From an uncultured Verrucomicrobiae bacterium (GTDB lineage: Bacteria; Verrucomicrobiota; Verrucomicrobiia; Chthoniobacterales; UBA10450): 64,000 bases of DNA. Made by a program: the position numbers and the translations under genes. The stretch is taken from positions 672,001 through 736,000 of the forward strand of contig CAVTMK010000004.1 in the NCBI GenBank assembly GCA_963735805.1, in the 5' to 3' direction. Numbering within the stretch: position 1 is the stretch's first letter; the number at the start of each line of letters is the position of its first letter. The notes below the pieces were generated by a model. It was not told the origin of the DNA. It saw only the letters and a list, made by a program, of their open reading frames with translations, and searched no databases. Positions 62,563-64,000 of this stretch are shown here, piece after piece.

Positions 62563-63642
62563 TTACGGTTTGTTCGCGACTACTTGCGGCGCAGATTTAT
62601 TGACTTCAAGCTGGGCGCTCACTCTTTGGATTTGCGCGGCCTGCTCTTTCACCATCGCCGCGAGACGCTCAACCGTGCCTTCCAATTCCGCGATCCTCTT
62701 TTGTTGATTGCGGGATTCGTTGAGCATGGCTTGAGGCGTAGCCACCTTGTTTCCAGCGGCGTCGACGAGGTTCGTGCCTAGTTTTCCATTGTCATCAACG
62801 AACACAAACAAGGCGGTGCCCGAGTCAACGTCCCGATTGAAGATGCCGGCGATAAAGGTGTCATACGGAAAAGTAAAAGCCGTGTCGTCGCCGATGCGGA
62901 TGAATTCGAATTCACCGGAACCACCAGCCTGAACTTGTGCGCCGATATAGATGTTACCTTCGCCATTTGTTAGGTTACTTCCGGCCGAGTGGCCGAGACA
63001 GGTATTCGAGTTTCCACTGATGCCAAGGCCGGCTATCTCCCCAATCGCGGTGTTATTGTTGCCCCCGTCTCCAGACTCCATCGCGCCAGCACCAACGGCG
63101 GTGTTTTCGGTGCCATCAACATTAGCTTTAAGTGCAAAGCCGCCAACAGCCGTGTTGAAAACGGCGGTTCCGTTTCCGCTCGAGTCATTATTCTGAGCCG
63201 CGAAAGTACCCAGGGCCGCATTCGTGAAGGCTGAGACGTTAAACTCGAGCGCTTCATCGCCCACCGCGGTGTTGTCAGTGCCAGTAGAGTTAACAAACAT
63301 CGCGAACGTTCCGACGGCGGTGTTAAGGCCCGCAGTGGTGTTGCTCAAAAGCGCCCCCGCGCCAACGGCCGTATTTTGCGTTCCGTCGCTCAGAAGAAGC
63401 GTCCCCGCGCCAAAACCCGTGTTGAAGCTGGCGTCACTGTTGCTCAGGAGCGCGTAAAAACCGAACGCGGAGTTATATATACCGGTGGTAATGCTCGCCA
63501 GGGCAAGTTGCCCGTCAGCAGTGTTGCTTAAAGGGACAACATCATCCGTTGGTATATCTGTGGCGCTTTGCACTTGTTGGCAAAGCGCAAAGCAGACAAG
63601 CGCGGACACGGCTGTCGTAAATATAATGTTCCGACTTTTCAT
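62563..63642 (-). CDS. Exported repeat protein (NTA.G..AL beta-roll repeats) with a C-terminal coiled coil; adhesin or tail-fibre-like
   Basis: Signal peptide, about ten 14-aa NTAVG..AL..N repeats, NI.IG and IRIG motifs, coiled-coil end QIQRVSAQLE. Confidence 0.75.
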   Translation of the reverse strand: MKSRNIIFTTAVSALVCFALCQQVQSATDIPTDDVVPLSNTADGQLALASITTGIYNSAFGFYALLSNSDASFNTGFGAGTLLLSDGTQNTAVGAGALLSNTTAGLNTAVGTFAMFVNSTGTDNTAVGDEALEFNVSAFTNAALGTFAAQNNDSSGNGTAVFNTAVGGFALKANVDGTENTAVGAGAMESGDGGNNNTAIGEIAGLGISGNSNTCLGHSAGSNLTNGEGNIYIGAQVQAGGSGEFEFIRIGDDTAFTFPYDTFIAGIFNRDVDSGTALFVFVDDNGKLGTNLVDAAGNKVATPQAMLNESRNQQKRIAELEGTVERLAAMVKEQAAQIQRVSAQLEVNKSAPQVVANKP

Positions 63643-63795
63643 AATGTAGTTTTCTTTCAGTTTTTGGCCTTTCGTGATTTATCCCTGCCGCGCCGCCCAC
63701 TCACGAAATACTTTCGGAGGAACCCCGCACTCGCGGGACGGAGGTGGTGCCATCGCGTCTCATTTCTGGCCATTTGCTCATTTTCTTAGCAAAAC

Positions 63796-63825
63796 ATTCT
63801 GCCAAAAATGCGGATGATGTGTCAA
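63796..63825 (-). promoter_or_regulatory. Putative sigma70-like promoter of the repeat protein gene
   Basis: TTGACA-N18-CAGAAT on the minus strand, about 150 nt upstream of the ATG. Confidence 0.4.
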
Positions 63826-64000
63826 GAAGAAAAGGTTGAAGAGCGGATATTATAGGTTCCCCGCGACTAGCTAGTTTCCAACTCAGCTACGGGAATCGGT
63901 CGCCCAGTAAAGCATAATCTCACACACCTCGACGGGCCTAACGGCTGTAGCACCACCTGTAGCCTGTCTCGGACGAGTTGTGTGTTAGCGCAATCCAGTT

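Noticed and set aside
117..63789. Numerous short overlapping or antisense ORFs in the six-frame track
   Set aside because: Shadow ORFs of well-supported genes in GC-rich DNA with no recognisable motifs
63868..64000. 3' end of a minus-strand CDS at the window edge
   Set aside because: An open frame exists but is short and has no recognisable motif

Overview
A 64-kb, moderately GC-rich bacterial chromosomal window. Gene content and repeat style suggest a soil verrucomicrobium (Chthoniobacterales / Ca. Udaeobacter-like); that assignment is inference. Left to right: (1) the 3' end of an alternative complex III operon (actD-E-F-G) extended by a ccoN-like, a ccoO-like and a cytochrome c gene; (2) cupin, FAD/Fe-S oxidoreductase, dinB and a histidine phosphatase; (3) a complete A1-type aa3 oxidase operon with ctaA, ctaB and sco; (4) rfbA, a GT4 glycosyltransferase and a Dabb protein; (5) a ~14-kb block in which four polytopic GT-C-like membrane proteins flank four tandem secreted beta-propeller paralogues with (TP)n-Arg/Pro tails; (6) orphan nuoA, a Xer recombinase, rhodanese, malQ and a UvrD/PcrA helicase; (7) TPR - frameshifted alpha-2-macroglobulin - pbpC; (8) cdsA-dxr-rseP-ispG; (9) two paralogous coiled-coil lipoproteins and a repeat-rich exported protein. 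Strongest leads: the CcoN-like subunit has lost every CuB and high-spin haem ligand but keeps both low-spin haem b ligands; the GT-C/propeller block together with pervasive S/T-P tails suggests a protein glycosylation or sorting system; and GTAG-type REP elements sit in frame inside several conserved genes. No rRNA, tRNA, CRISPR array or transposase was seen. All family calls are motif recognition by eye, not database searches.
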